DNA of 64,000 nt from Candidatus Krumholzibacteriota bacterium (GCA_963764625.1 CAVXTH010000009.1:704001-768000), one strand, 5' to 3'; shown: positions 52,202-62,204, counted from the stretch's first letter. Notes: generated by a model from the letters alone, not told the origin. Made by a program: numbers and translations.

Positions 52202-52433
52202 GGCCTAGCTCCCGGATGAAAGAGGACGAGGGGCGATCCGAGCGCAATTCGATGCAGGACACCGTGTAGATTGGCCGTGGAATCAATCTACCAAATCCAG
52301 GCGCATAATTCCAGTTCCGCGGCCTCGATGCATCCTTCACGGGGGAAAATGCGTAGGCTCCTCGGGCTAAGTGTATTAGCCTCTTTCGGTTCGATTTGAA
52401 CGACAGGACTCAGGTCCGCGAGTACTACGGAGG

Positions 52434-55400
52434 ATGATCGTGAAACAGCTGTTCCTCGCCGCCGTCCTGGTGGCTCTCACCTCACTCCAGGCGGCCGCCG
52501 ACGAAGGCCACCTCATGCGTCAGGCGAACATCCACGGCGATTGGATCGTCTTCACCTACGAAGACGACCTCTGGCTCGTCCCTCAAGATGGCGGGTTGGC
52601 TCACCGAATCACCAGCGACCCGGGGGTGGAAACGGACGCGCGTTTCAGTCCCGATGGAAAGACCCTCGCGTTCACTGCGAGCTACGATGGTGATACCGAC
52701 GTTTACCTCATGGACGCCCAAGGGGGAGTGCCCCGACGCCTGACCTTCGCGCCGGGCTTCGATCGGGTTCTCCAGTGGTATCCGGACGGCAAGAAGATCC
52801 TGTTTCGTTCGCGGCGCGTGTATCCCATCCGCGCGGAAGAGCTGTATTCCATCGACGTCGCCGGCGGCATGCCCCAGCGTCTGCCGATCGATCGTGGGGG
52901 CCTGGCGGGACTCAACCAGGATGCCACCAAACTGGCGTACAACCGGATCAGCCGCGAGAACGCCACTTGGAAGCGCTACAAAGGTGGAGAGGCGCAAGAA
53001 ATCTGGTTGGCCGACTTCAAGACGGGAAAGATCTCGACCCTCACGGATTGGCAAGGGACCGACAACTATCCCATGTGGTACGGCGGAAAGGTCTACTTCA
53101 CCTCCGATCGCTTCGGAGGGACGCTCAATCTCTTCTCCAAGGATCCCGATACCGGCACGGTGGAGCTGCTGACTTCTTTCGTCGACTATGACGTGAAGTA
53201 TCCCTCCATGGGCGATGGCCGTATCGTCTTCCAGTACCAAGAGAGCCTGCATGTGCTCGATCTCAGCACCCAGAAGGTGCGCAAGGTGAGCGTGGAGATT
53301 CCCAGTGATCGTGTGAGCATGCGGCCCGAGTGGGTGGAAATCGCGCCTCGGACCGGTTCCTTCGGTCTCTCACCCGACGGCGAAAAACTCCTGCTCGAGG
53401 ATCGTGGCGACATCGCGGTCTTCGGGGTGGAGAAATCGGATGAGGTTCCCTTCGTGGCCTCACCGGGCTCGGCGAGCCGGGAAAAGGACGCCAGCTGGTC
53501 GCCCGACGGTAAGCAAATCGCCTGGGTGAGTGACGCGACCGGCGAGGAGGAGATCTGGCTCGCCGACGCGCAGGGGAAGGGCAAGCCCCGCCAACTCACG
53601 CACCGTGGCAAAGGCTTCATGCTTCCGCCCAAGTGGTCACCGGACAGCCGCCATCTGCTGTACAGCGACAAGTTCCTCGACCTGGTGCTGGTGGATGCCA
53701 AGTCGGGAAACTCGGTTCTTGTCGATCACTCCGGGTACGATGATGCGTGGGAGCGATGGGGGATCCAGGACTACGTCTTCTCTCCCGGGGGACATTGGAT
53801 CGCCTATACGAAGCAACAGTCCAACATGAACGAGTCGATCTTCCTGTACAACATCGACTCCAAGAAGATCACCCAGCTGACCGACAGAATGACGACAGCA
53901 TGGAGCCCGTCCTTCGATCCCGGCGGAGACTATCTGTATTTTCTCTCCAACCGCTCGTTCGAGCCGGTGATGGGTTTCCAGGATCAAAATCACATCTTCC
54001 TCGACATGACCCGGCCGTATCTGGTCTTGCTCCGCAACGACCAGGTATCTCCCTATCGCGACCGCGCCGAGGACGAAGAGGGCGGGGAGATGGACGAGTC
54101 GAAAGGGGAGAAGGACTCGAAGAAGGGGAAGTCGGATGTCGGGCAGAAGGCAACCCGGATCGACCTCGACGGTATCCAGCATCGAGTGCTGGCGGCCAAG
54201 GGGGTCGATCGAGGCAATTACTTCCACCTCACCGCCACCAAGAATGGCTTCATCTATCTGAAGAAAACGGAGCTCGAGTTCCTGAAGTACCAGCACATCG
54301 ACGACCGCACCACCGATCGCGTCGATCTGTACGGCTACGACCTGAAGGACGCCGAGTCCAAAGAGCTGATGTCCGGCATCCAGAATTACCACCTCTCCGC
54401 CGACACCAAGAAGATGGTGTACCGCTCGGGTAAGAAGTACGGCGTCGTCGACGCGGGCAAACCGGCCAAGTCAGGCGACGGGGTGGTCGATCTCTCGGCT
54501 TTGAGCCTCAAGGTCGTACGAGCCAAGGAGTACCAGCAGATCTTCGACGAGGCCTGGCGTATCGAACGCGATTGGTTCTACGACCCCGGCATGCACGGAG
54601 TCGACTGGCCCAAGATGAGGGAGAAGTACGGTCAATTCGTGCCGTACTGTGGAACTCGCGGAGATCTGAACTACTTGATCGGTGAGATGATCGCCGAGTT
54701 GAACATCGGTCATACCTACGTGTACGGAGGAGACCGGGGCGGTCGGGGAGACCGTGTCGGGGTGGGAATGCTGGGCTGCGATTTCGACTCTCCGAGCGGC
54801 GCGAAGCATCCCCGAATCTCCCACATAATCCCGGGCGTCACTTGGGACGAAGAGCAACGCTCGCCGCTCAACGAGCCGGGCTGTCCCATCCGGGAAGGCG
54901 ACTATCTGGTCTCCATCGACGGCCAGCCGGTGGGCGCTTTAGACAACGTCTACTCCTATCTGGTGGATCGAGCCCAGAAATGGGTCGTCCTGAGCTACAG
55001 CCATGACGCCGACGGAAGCGATTCGAAGGAGTGGCGGGTAAAGACGCTCGGCAGCGAGTGGGCGATCCGCTACCGCGAATGGGTGGAGAACAACCGCGCG
55101 AAAGTGGATGAGTGGTCCCATGGAACCATTGGTTACGTACACATCCCCGACATGATGACCAGCGGTCTTATCGAATTCGCGCGCTACTGGTATCCCCAGT
55201 ACGACAAGAAAGCATTCATCATCGACGATCGTTACAACTCCGGTGGCTTCGTCGGCGACATGATCATCGATCGGCTCGAGCGTAAGCTGTGGGCGATCAC
55301 CGCGCCGAGGGAGGGTGGTGTCTCGAGGAATCCCGAGAGAGCGTTCTACGGCCCGATGGTCGTACTCATCAACGAAGACACCGGAAGCAACGGCGAGTTC

Positions 55401-55745
55401 TTCTCCCGCTGCATCCAGATCGACAAGCTCGCGCCGGTGCTCGGGATGCGAACCTGGGGAGGCGCGATCGGAATCGAGCCCCACCAGGATGTGGTGGATG
55501 GCGGCACCGTCACCCCGCCGCAGTTCGGTCTCTACGGCCTTTCCGGTGAGTGGCTGATCGAGGGCATCGGAGTAGTGCCCGACATCGAGGTGCAGAACAT
55601 GCCTCAGGACGTGGTCGCGGGGAAGGACACCCAGCTTCGCGAGGCGGTCGATCTGCTCACCAAGCAACTGAAGGACAAGCCGGGAGAGTGGGCAATTCCG
55701 AAAGAGCCCGCGTTCCCCGACAAGTCCAAACCAAGCGGCGAGTGA
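52434..55745 (+). CDS. Tricorn-like S41 protease (exported)
   Basis: Signal peptide; PD40 propellers (FSPDGK, WSPD); GEMIAELNIGHTY; PDZ; IGYVHIPDM; TGSNGE (catalytic Ser); GMRTWGG; IEGIGVVPDIEV. Confidence 0.95.
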   Translation: MIVKQLFLAAVLVALTSLQAAADEGHLMRQANIHGDWIVFTYEDDLWLVPQDGGLAHRITSDPGVETDARFSPDGKTLAFTASYDGDTDVYLMDAQGGVPRRLTFAPGFDRVLQWYPDGKKILFRSRRVYPIRAEELYSIDVAGGMPQRLPIDRGGLAGLNQDATKLAYNRISRENATWKRYKGGEAQEIWLADFKTGKISTLTDWQGTDNYPMWYGGKVYFTSDRFGGTLNLFSKDPDTGTVELLTSFVDYDVKYPSMGDGRIVFQYQESLHVLDLSTQKVRKVSVEIPSDRVSMRPEWVEIAPRTGSFGLSPDGEKLLLEDRGDIAVFGVEKSDEVPFVASPGSASREKDASWSPDGKQIAWVSDATGEEEIWLADAQGKGKPRQLTHRGKGFMLPPKWSPDSRHLLYSDKFLDLVLVDAKSGNSVLVDHSGYDDAWERWGIQDYVFSPGGHWIAYTKQQSNMNESIFLYNIDSKKITQLTDRMTTAWSPSFDPGGDYLYFLSNRSFEPVMGFQDQNHIFLDMTRPYLVLLRNDQVSPYRDRAEDEEGGEMDESKGEKDSKKGKSDVGQKATRIDLDGIQHRVLAAKGVDRGNYFHLTATKNGFIYLKKTELEFLKYQHIDDRTTDRVDLYGYDLKDAESKELMSGIQNYHLSADTKKMVYRSGKKYGVVDAGKPAKSGDGVVDLSALSLKVVRAKEYQQIFDEAWRIERDWFYDPGMHGVDWPKMREKYGQFVPYCGTRGDLNYLIGEMIAELNIGHTYVYGGDRGGRGDRVGVGMLGCDFDSPSGAKHPRISHIIPGVTWDEEQRSPLNEPGCPIREGDYLVSIDGQPVGALDNVYSYLVDRAQKWVVLSYSHDADGSDSKEWRVKTLGSEWAIRYREWVENNRAKVDEWSHGTIGYVHIPDMMTSGLIEFARYWYPQYDKKAFIIDDRYNSGGFVGDMIIDRLERKLWAITAPREGGVSRNPERAFYGPMVVLINEDTGSNGEFFSRCIQIDKLAPVLGMRTWGGAIGIEPHQDVVDGGTVTPPQFGLYGLSGEWLIEGIGVVPDIEVQNMPQDVVAGKDTQLREAVDLLTKQLKDKPGEWAIPKEPAFPDKSKPSGE

Positions 55746-55766
55746 GATCGTTTGCGTCCCGCAAAA

Positions 55767-57644
55767 CTAGCGGGCGGAGGCTTCCAGAAGGATCACCAGA
55801 ATCCCGATGATGGCCCCGCCCGCGATCGCTCCGGCGCAGAGAGTCTCCTGATTCTCGATCCAAATCCGATGACTCCTGCCTTCCTTCCGGTTGCGCAGGA
55901 TCCGGCTGAGAACCCAGAACAAGATGGCGCCCAATCCCATGCTCAGACTGGTGTGGAAGGTGATCACGAAGGCGAGTCCGAATCCAACGGCGGAGATGGG
56001 AAAGCGGTTGTGGGTGATCTTTCGCACGATCTCGAAGACGATTCCGAGCAGGCCCCCCACGAGGACCGCGACGCGGGCGCTGGGGTGCAGGAACGACAGG
56101 CCTTTGGTGAGAACCTCGGCCACCGCGCGCCAGGCCTGCGCTCCGGGCATCGGCAGTTTGTCGGTGAGGAGATTGGCGGGATCGTGGCCGATCATGGCAT
56201 AGAACACCGGAATCGCCACCGCGGCTCCCGCGAAGATGCCCAAGACGTGGCCCATGGCCTGGTGCCTGGGTTTGCCGCCCAACAGGTAACCCGGCTTGAT
56301 GTCCATCAGCAGATTGCTGGTGTTGCTCGCCACCTCCGCAGTGATGGCAGCGGTCATCACGTTGGTGGTGATGTTCCCCCGACTCAGAACGCTGAAGGTC
56401 GTTTGCGTGAGGTAGCCGAGAGCACTGGTGGGAGTGATCGAGGTAATCCCGGCCGAGGTCGCGGCGATCGTCACGAAAATGAACACCAGAGGGATGGCGA
56501 GGATGCCGAGCCAGATCGAAACCCCGAAGTAGTGCCACGCGAGCCACACCGCGACCGCCCCGATCAAAGGGATGCCCAAAATGGAGAACCTCAAGGGCAA
56601 CTCGATGTCCTTCAGGGGATCGCTCGCGTCGCTGGACTGTCGGCGGAACGCCTTTTGGAACGCCTGGACAATGACTTCGGGGCGACTGAAGAACGAGAAG
56701 AGGCTGGCGGTGGTCATCATGGCGACGCCGCCCCACATGCCCCACTTGAGGATACCCCGGAATCCGGTTTCCAGAATGATGCCCTTCTGAATGGCCCAGG
56801 GAGCGAGAATGCAGTAATTGACGATCGCGCCCAGCAGAAGCGAGAGCCCGGCCCGGATCCCCATGAGGCCTCCGGTGGCCACCATGACGATCGAGGAGTC
56901 GAGCTGAATCGTGAGCTCGTTGAGCGGGGTTCCCGCCAGTCTGGGCGTGGCGAAGCGATAGATGAGCGAGTCCCAGTACTCGGGTAGTTTCAGCCCGGAA
57001 AGGCGAACCAACTCCATCACGCGGGAGCTTCGCATCAACTCGATCAGGGCCGAGAGAAGCGCGGCCAGGGAGAGCAGCTTGGCCTTGAAGAGTCCTTCGC
57101 TTTCGTCTTCACTGTGAAGGGCATCGAGAACGATTCCGCACGCTCTTCCCTCGGGGAAGGGAAGCTGCTCGTCGTTGATGAACCGACGTTTCAACGGGAA
57201 CGCGAAGAGCACGCCCAAGAGGGAGAGGGTGATCATCCAGGTGATCGTCACTCCCAGGGGAATCAACTTGCCCGTGATCACCATGTAGGCGGCCAGGCTC
57301 GAGACCAGCGGGGCCGTCATGTAGCCCGCCGCCGTCGCAATGCTCTGCATCGCGTTGTTCTCCAGAATCGTCATTTCGTGGCCCAGACCCACCTTCGAGA
57401 GGATCTTGAAGGCAGCGAACGAGACGATGACCGAAGTAATTCCCACTCCCAGCGTCCATCCGGTCTGGATTCCGATGTAGAGGTTGGTCAGGCTGAGGAC
57501 GCTGCCCAGAATCATCCCGGTCAAGGCCGAGCGCAGCGTCAGCTGAGGCATGTCCCCTTTGTAGACGGTTTGCAGCCACCATTGGTCCTTTTCGGCAGTG
57601 CTCATCTGGCGGATCTGTTGTTCGCTCAGTTGTTGGATTGCCAA
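55767..57644 (-). CDS. OPT-family oligopeptide transporter
   Basis: QLTLRS, LENNAMQSIATAAG, LPFPEG, DIKPGYLLG, MPGAQAW; TTG start after GGAGG. Confidence 0.92.
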   Translation of the reverse strand: MAIQQLSEQQIRQMSTAEKDQWWLQTVYKGDMPQLTLRSALTGMILGSVLSLTNLYIGIQTGWTLGVGITSVIVSFAAFKILSKVGLGHEMTILENNAMQSIATAAGYMTAPLVSSLAAYMVITGKLIPLGVTITWMITLSLLGVLFAFPLKRRFINDEQLPFPEGRACGIVLDALHSEDESEGLFKAKLLSLAALLSALIELMRSSRVMELVRLSGLKLPEYWDSLIYRFATPRLAGTPLNELTIQLDSSIVMVATGGLMGIRAGLSLLLGAIVNYCILAPWAIQKGIILETGFRGILKWGMWGGVAMMTTASLFSFFSRPEVIVQAFQKAFRRQSSDASDPLKDIELPLRFSILGIPLIGAVAVWLAWHYFGVSIWLGILAIPLVFIFVTIAATSAGITSITPTSALGYLTQTTFSVLSRGNITTNVMTAAITAEVASNTSNLLMDIKPGYLLGGKPRHQAMGHVLGIFAGAAVAIPVFYAMIGHDPANLLTDKLPMPGAQAWRAVAEVLTKGLSFLHPSARVAVLVGGLLGIVFEIVRKITHNRFPISAVGFGLAFVITFHTSLSMGLGAILFWVLSRILRNRKEGRSHRIWIENQETLCAGAIAGGAIIGILVILLEASAR

Positions 57645-57812
57645 GTCACTGATCCTCCGTACTCGAGCGGGAAAGCGTCTCCGGTGGAAAAGGAGAGACG
57701 CGGCGACGAAAGCTAGCTTGAATGCGGCGAGAAGAGAAGAAAGGACCTCTGGGAGCGATCCGCTGAGCTGGATCTAGCCTTGCCGGGTAGCCCCCGCGCT
57801 CGACTAGGGTAT

Positions 57813-57828
57813 CGGCGCAGACCTTGCT
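57813..57828 (+). promoter_or_regulatory. sigma54-like promoter for the second EPS block
   Basis: CGG-CGCAGACCTT-GCT, 53 nt before the GTG start. Confidence 0.5.
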
Positions 57829-57881
57829 GGAAGGAACCCTCGTAGGAGGATCCCTCCCTTCATTTCCCCGGAGGTGTGTAA

Positions 57882-59006
57882 GTGAGGGTTTGCCATGTTT
57901 TGCACACGATGGGGGTGGGGGGTGCCGAGATGCTCGTCGCGCGTATGATCGCGCGAGCCCCCGAAGGGGTAAAATATTCGGTCGCCCTCCTGGACCAGAT
58001 CGGCCCACTCGGTGAGCGCGTTGCCGAGAGCGAGATCGAGGTCCACTGCGTGCGCCGTCGACCGGGAGTGGACCTGGCCATCATCGGACGGCTGAAGAGC
58101 ATCTACCAGCAGCTGAAGCCCGACCTTTTGCACTGCCATCAATACACACCCTGGTTCTACGGCGGATGGGCCGCCGCCCGGGCCGGTCTCCCGGTGGTCT
58201 TCACCGAGCATGGTCGTCATCAACCTGACCATCGCCGCCTGCGCCGCGTCCTCTTCAATCGTTACCTTCTGCGCAACACCAAGGCGATTACCGCGGTCAG
58301 CGAGAGCATTCGCGAGGCTCTGTTGCGCAACGAAATGTTGCCTCCCAAGCGAGTCGAGGTCGTGTACAACGGGGTGGACCACCAGAGTCTTCAGCGCGAT
58401 GATCTGGTTCGCGACCGGGTGAGGAGCGAGCTAGGGATCGGTCCGCAGACCCTGGTCATCGGTCACGCGGGCCGCTTGATGCCGGTGAAGAATCAGGCCC
58501 TGCTTCTGCGCTCCTTGGCTGCGGTCGCACGGCAAAGGCCCGATCTGGATTGGGTGGCGGTGCTGGTGGGAGGAGGGCCCTTGGAGAGCGATCTACGCGC
58601 TCTGAGCGCGGACTTGAAGCTGCAGGATCGGGTGCAGTTCCTGGGGCAGCGATCAGATGTGGCCGACTTGCTTTGCGCCTTCGATGTCTTCGCGCTTTCC
58701 TCTTTCAGTGAGGGAACCTCGGTGACCCTGTTGGAAGCGATGGCGTGCAGTCTCCCCGTCGTGACGACCGCGGTTGGAGGGAATCCGGAGTTGGTGCAGG
58801 ATGGCGTCCATGGTTACCTGGTGCCCAGCGACGACAGCGAGGCGTTCGCGCAGGCGGTCTTGCGCCTGACCGACCCCGACCTCCGCGCGCGCATGGGCGC
58901 GGCATCCAGGTTGGAAGTGGAGATGCGTTTCACGCAACAGGGCATGATCGCCGGCTATCTCGCCATCTACCGCCGGGTACTGAATGGGGATCGGGTGCGC
59001 CAATGA
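57882..59006 (+). CDS. Glycosyltransferase family 4 (XrtA/PEP-CTERM EPS-type)
   Basis: GGAE, FTEHG, GRLMPVKNQ, SEGTSVTLLEAMA, VGGNPELV. Confidence 0.92.
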   Translation: MRVCHVLHTMGVGGAEMLVARMIARAPEGVKYSVALLDQIGPLGERVAESEIEVHCVRRRPGVDLAIIGRLKSIYQQLKPDLLHCHQYTPWFYGGWAAARAGLPVVFTEHGRHQPDHRRLRRVLFNRYLLRNTKAITAVSESIREALLRNEMLPPKRVEVVYNGVDHQSLQRDDLVRDRVRSELGIGPQTLVIGHAGRLMPVKNQALLLRSLAAVARQRPDLDWVAVLVGGGPLESDLRALSADLKLQDRVQFLGQRSDVADLLCAFDVFALSSFSEGTSVTLLEAMACSLPVVTTAVGGNPELVQDGVHGYLVPSDDSEAFAQAVLRLTDPDLRARMGAASRLEVEMRFTQQGMIAGYLAIYRRVLNGDRVRQ

Positions 59007-60040
59007 GCTTACGGGTAGGGCCCTTCCCGGAGGACTCCGGGAGTTGGGATCAACTCGTCGCGCGGAGAGGCTGCCTCTACCAGAGTTGGGATTTCTCCGA
59101 GTGTCTCCGTGAGGGGCTCGGGCACCGAATCCTTCGTCTCGCGGCGGCGGACGAATCCGGCCCTCGCGCGGCTCTTTCCCTCGCGATCATCAAGAGTCCC
59201 CTCTTTGGTCGCTTCGCGGTGAGCTTGCCGGTGAGCGACCATTCCGGTCTCTGCTACGAAGACGAAGAGGCGGCTGCCGCCTTGCTCGAGTTCCTGCCCA
59301 CGATTCTGCGCCAGGAGGGAATCGGCTCGATCGAGCTACGCCAGCTGAAGAACCGCCCGCCGCTGTCCGCTCTTCCGCGCTCCGAGCACAAACTGACCCT
59401 CGAGCTTCCCCTGCCGGATGATGCGGCAAAGCTGTGGGACGAGCTCAAGGCCAAGGTCAGGAACCTGGTGCGAAAGGGTGAGAAAGTCGAGATGGAGTAT
59501 CGCCGTGGGAGCGAGGACCTGCTCGACGTGTTCTACGCAATCTACGCGCATAATCTACGCGACCTCGGCACGCCGTGTTATCCCAAGAAGTTCTTCGCCG
59601 CTTTGCTGCGACGATTTCCCGAAACGGCCGCGATCCACGTGGCCTCTCTTGCGCCTTCGCATCTTCCCATCGCGGTGGGGTTCACCCTGCAGGATGACCA
59701 GCGGCAGCAGATTCCTTTCGCGGCCAGCCTCAGCGAACACCGACGACACGCTCCCAACATGTTTCTCTACTGGAGAATCCTCGAAGACGCGATCAAGCGC
59801 GGGTGCACCGTGTTCGATTTCGGGCGCAGCACGCGCGATTCGGGAACCCACCGCTTCAAGAAGCAGTGGGGCGCGCGGGAGATTCCTCTGCCCTGGTCCT
59901 ACCAGCTTGCGCCGGGACGAGAGATCCCGCAGACGCGCGTGGGCAGCCCACGGTACCACCTGGCCATGGAAACCTGGAAACGATTCCCGGTGGGCTTTTC
60001 CGTCTGGATGAGTGAGCATATCGTACGCTTTTTACCCTGA
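59003..60040 (+). CDS. FemAB-like GNAT protein (XrtA/PEP-CTERM system-associated)
   Basis: KSPLFG..VSLP, KVRNLVRKG, RDLGTP, APNMFLYW, FDFGRS..GTHRFKKQWG. Confidence 0.9.
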   Translation: MSLRVGPFPEDSGSWDQLVARRGCLYQSWDFSECLREGLGHRILRLAAADESGPRAALSLAIIKSPLFGRFAVSLPVSDHSGLCYEDEEAAAALLEFLPTILRQEGIGSIELRQLKNRPPLSALPRSEHKLTLELPLPDDAAKLWDELKAKVRNLVRKGEKVEMEYRRGSEDLLDVFYAIYAHNLRDLGTPCYPKKFFAALLRRFPETAAIHVASLAPSHLPIAVGFTLQDDQRQQIPFAASLSEHRRHAPNMFLYWRILEDAIKRGCTVFDFGRSTRDSGTHRFKKQWGAREIPLPWSYQLAPGREIPQTRVGSPRYHLAMETWKRFPVGFSVWMSEHIVRFLP

Positions 60041-60053
60041 GGAGTTTTGTGGC

Positions 60054-61263
60054 GTGCGCATCCTAGCTCTCACCCAGCGAGTTCCACATGTGCCCGATCG
60101 GGGCGATCGCATTCGTAGCTACCATCTGCTCAAACGTCTGGCCGAAAGTCACGAGATCTGGCTGGGCTGCCTCAGCGACGAAGAGGTGAGTGCCGAAGCT
60201 CGGCGCTCTCTCGATTCCTTTTGCGAGCGCCATGCGATAGCGCAAATGGGCAGAGTCCGTCGCTTGCTCCAGAGTGGCTCTGCTCTCCTGGCCGGGCGGG
60301 CGTTGAGCCTGGCGTGGTATCACCATCCGGAGCTGGCGCGTACTCTCGCGGCGTGGCGAAAGGAAACGAGCTTTGACGCGGCCTACGTCTTCTGCTCCTC
60401 GATGGCGCCCTACTGGCTGGAGCTGGCCAACAAACGGCCCTTGCCGGGGGTGGTGGATTTCATCGACGTGGACAGTCTCAAGTGGGCGCAGTACGCCGCG
60501 GCCAGCTCTGGTATGAAGGCCTGGGTCTATCGACGGGAGCACCGGCTCCTTCGAGAATGGGAGCAGACGGTGGCGAGGCGAGCGCACGTGAACCTCCTGG
60601 TCAATCCGGCCGAGGTCGAGGCGTTTCGCAAAATCGTGCCCGAAGCCAGGACCGAAGCGCTGAGCAATGGAGTCGACCGAGAGTACTTCGCGCGCCCGCA
60701 GGGCCGGTTGCCGAAGGATCCACCAGCGCGTGGTGTTCGTGGGAATGATGGACTACCGAGCGAACGTGGATGCGGTTCTCTGGTTCGTTTCAATGGTGTG
60801 GCCGAGGGTTCTGCGTGAGGAACCCACGGTCCGATTCTCCATCGTGGGAGCTGGACCGACGACCGAAGTCAGGGAACTTTCCGGCGCCAACGGAGTGACG
60901 GTGACGGGAAGAGTGGAGGACGTGCGGCCGTATCTGTGGGATGCGAGGGTGGCGGTCGCGCCGTTGCGCATCGCACAGGGCACCCAGAACAAGGTGCTGG
61001 AGGCCATGGCCGCCTCGGTGCCGGTGGTGGCGACTTCGCTGGCCACGCGCGGAATCGGATCTCCCTTTGGCCCCCACGTTCGCCTGGAGGATAAAGCCGA
61101 GAGTTTCGCCGCGGCCGTGGTGGCGCTCATGCGGAATCCTTCCGCCGCGGCCGCGCAAACCGAAGCCGCCCTCGCGATGATCGCAGAACATCATTCGTGG
61201 GAGAGTTCGGCTAAGGATCTCGCACGGCTTCTCACAGAAGCGTCGGAGAGTTCAGAACGATGA
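60054..61263 (+). CDS. XrtA/PEP-CTERM system sugar transferase (GT4); apparent +1 frameshift at ~60725
   Basis: RVPHVPDRGDRIRSYHLL, DFIDVDSLKWAQYA; next frame VFVGMMDYRANVDAV, APLRIAQGTQNKVLEAMA. Confidence 0.88.
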
Positions 61264-62159
61264 GTCCACTCGCCCCCGCCTCGATGCCCTCCATCCTCAC
61301 CATCGACGTCGAGGAATGGTTCCACGCGCACAACTACGCCGCCAAGGTGGAGTCCTCCAGCTGGGAGGGACGCGAACGCCGGGCCGAAGAGGGCGTCGCC
61401 CGCCTCCTGGATCTCTGCGATGAGCTCTCGATTCGGGCGACTTGGTTCGTCCTGGGCTGGCTCGCCGAGAGAGAGCCCAAATTGGTGCGGCGTATCGCCG
61501 AGCGTGGCCATGAAATCGGCTGCCACTCCTACGCCCATCCCATCGTGTTCGAGATGACCCCCGAGCAGTTCCGCCAGGATACGCGCCGCGGCCGGGATGC
61601 CCTGCGCGACGCCCTGGGCCAGGAGGTGACGCTGTACCGCGCGCCGAGCTTCACGATCGTTCCCCGTGTCTACTGGGCGCTGGAGATCCTGGCCGAGGAG
61701 GGGTTCCGTATCGACTCCTCGCTGTTTCCCGTGAGCCATCCGCGCTACGGAAATCCCCAGGGACCGCGTGAGCCCCTTCTGCTGCACCACGGAGCTGAGG
61801 GTCTGCTCGTTTTGCCCATGACTACTCTGCGGCTTCCCGGCCGCAACTTCCCCTTCAGCGGCGGCGGTTATTTCCGTCTCTTTCCTCTGGGCCTGGTCCG
61901 GTCGGCGGCAGCCTGGGTGCGCCGGGTGCAGAAGGAAGCCGTGGTGTTCTATTTCCATCCCTGGGAGCTGGACGCCTTCCTGCCTGAAGTGGATCTGGGA
62001 TATTGGCAGAACCTCCGCAGCCAGGGTGGCAAGAAGGATCTCCACGCGAAGCTGGCGCGTGCCCTCAGAGGGCGCGAAATGATGACGCTCGGCGAGTGGG
62101 CCGACCAGGTGCGGGATTCCGCGGTGCGCGTCTCCTCGGTGGCTGAACTTCCGCGCTGA
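61260..62159 (+). CDS. XrtA-system polysaccharide deacetylase (NodB domain + DUF3473)
   Basis: TIDVEEWF, ATWFVLGW, GHEIGCHSYAH, YRAPSF, GGGYFRL, YFHPWE. Confidence 0.92.
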   Translation: MSPLAPASMPSILTIDVEEWFHAHNYAAKVESSSWEGRERRAEEGVARLLDLCDELSIRATWFVLGWLAEREPKLVRRIAERGHEIGCHSYAHPIVFEMTPEQFRQDTRRGRDALRDALGQEVTLYRAPSFTIVPRVYWALEILAEEGFRIDSSLFPVSHPRYGNPQGPREPLLLHHGAEGLLVLPMTTLRLPGRNFPFSGGGYFRLFPLGLVRSAAAWVRRVQKEAVVFYFHPWELDAFLPEVDLGYWQNLRSQGGKKDLHAKLARALRGREMMTLGEWADQVRDSAVRVSSVAELPR

Positions 62160-62175
62160 GCCGGGAAGCCCGAGT

Positions 62176-62204
62176 TTGAACTGCTGGCGTTCGCGCGCTA
62201 TACT
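62176..62204 (+). promoter_or_regulatory. sigma70-like promoter
   Basis: TTGAAC-N17-TATACT. Confidence 0.55.

Noticed and set aside
46338-57644. Genomic island or mobile insertion splitting the EPS locus
   Set aside because: No integrase, transposase, tRNA or flanking direct repeats are visible, and the coding style looks like the flanks.
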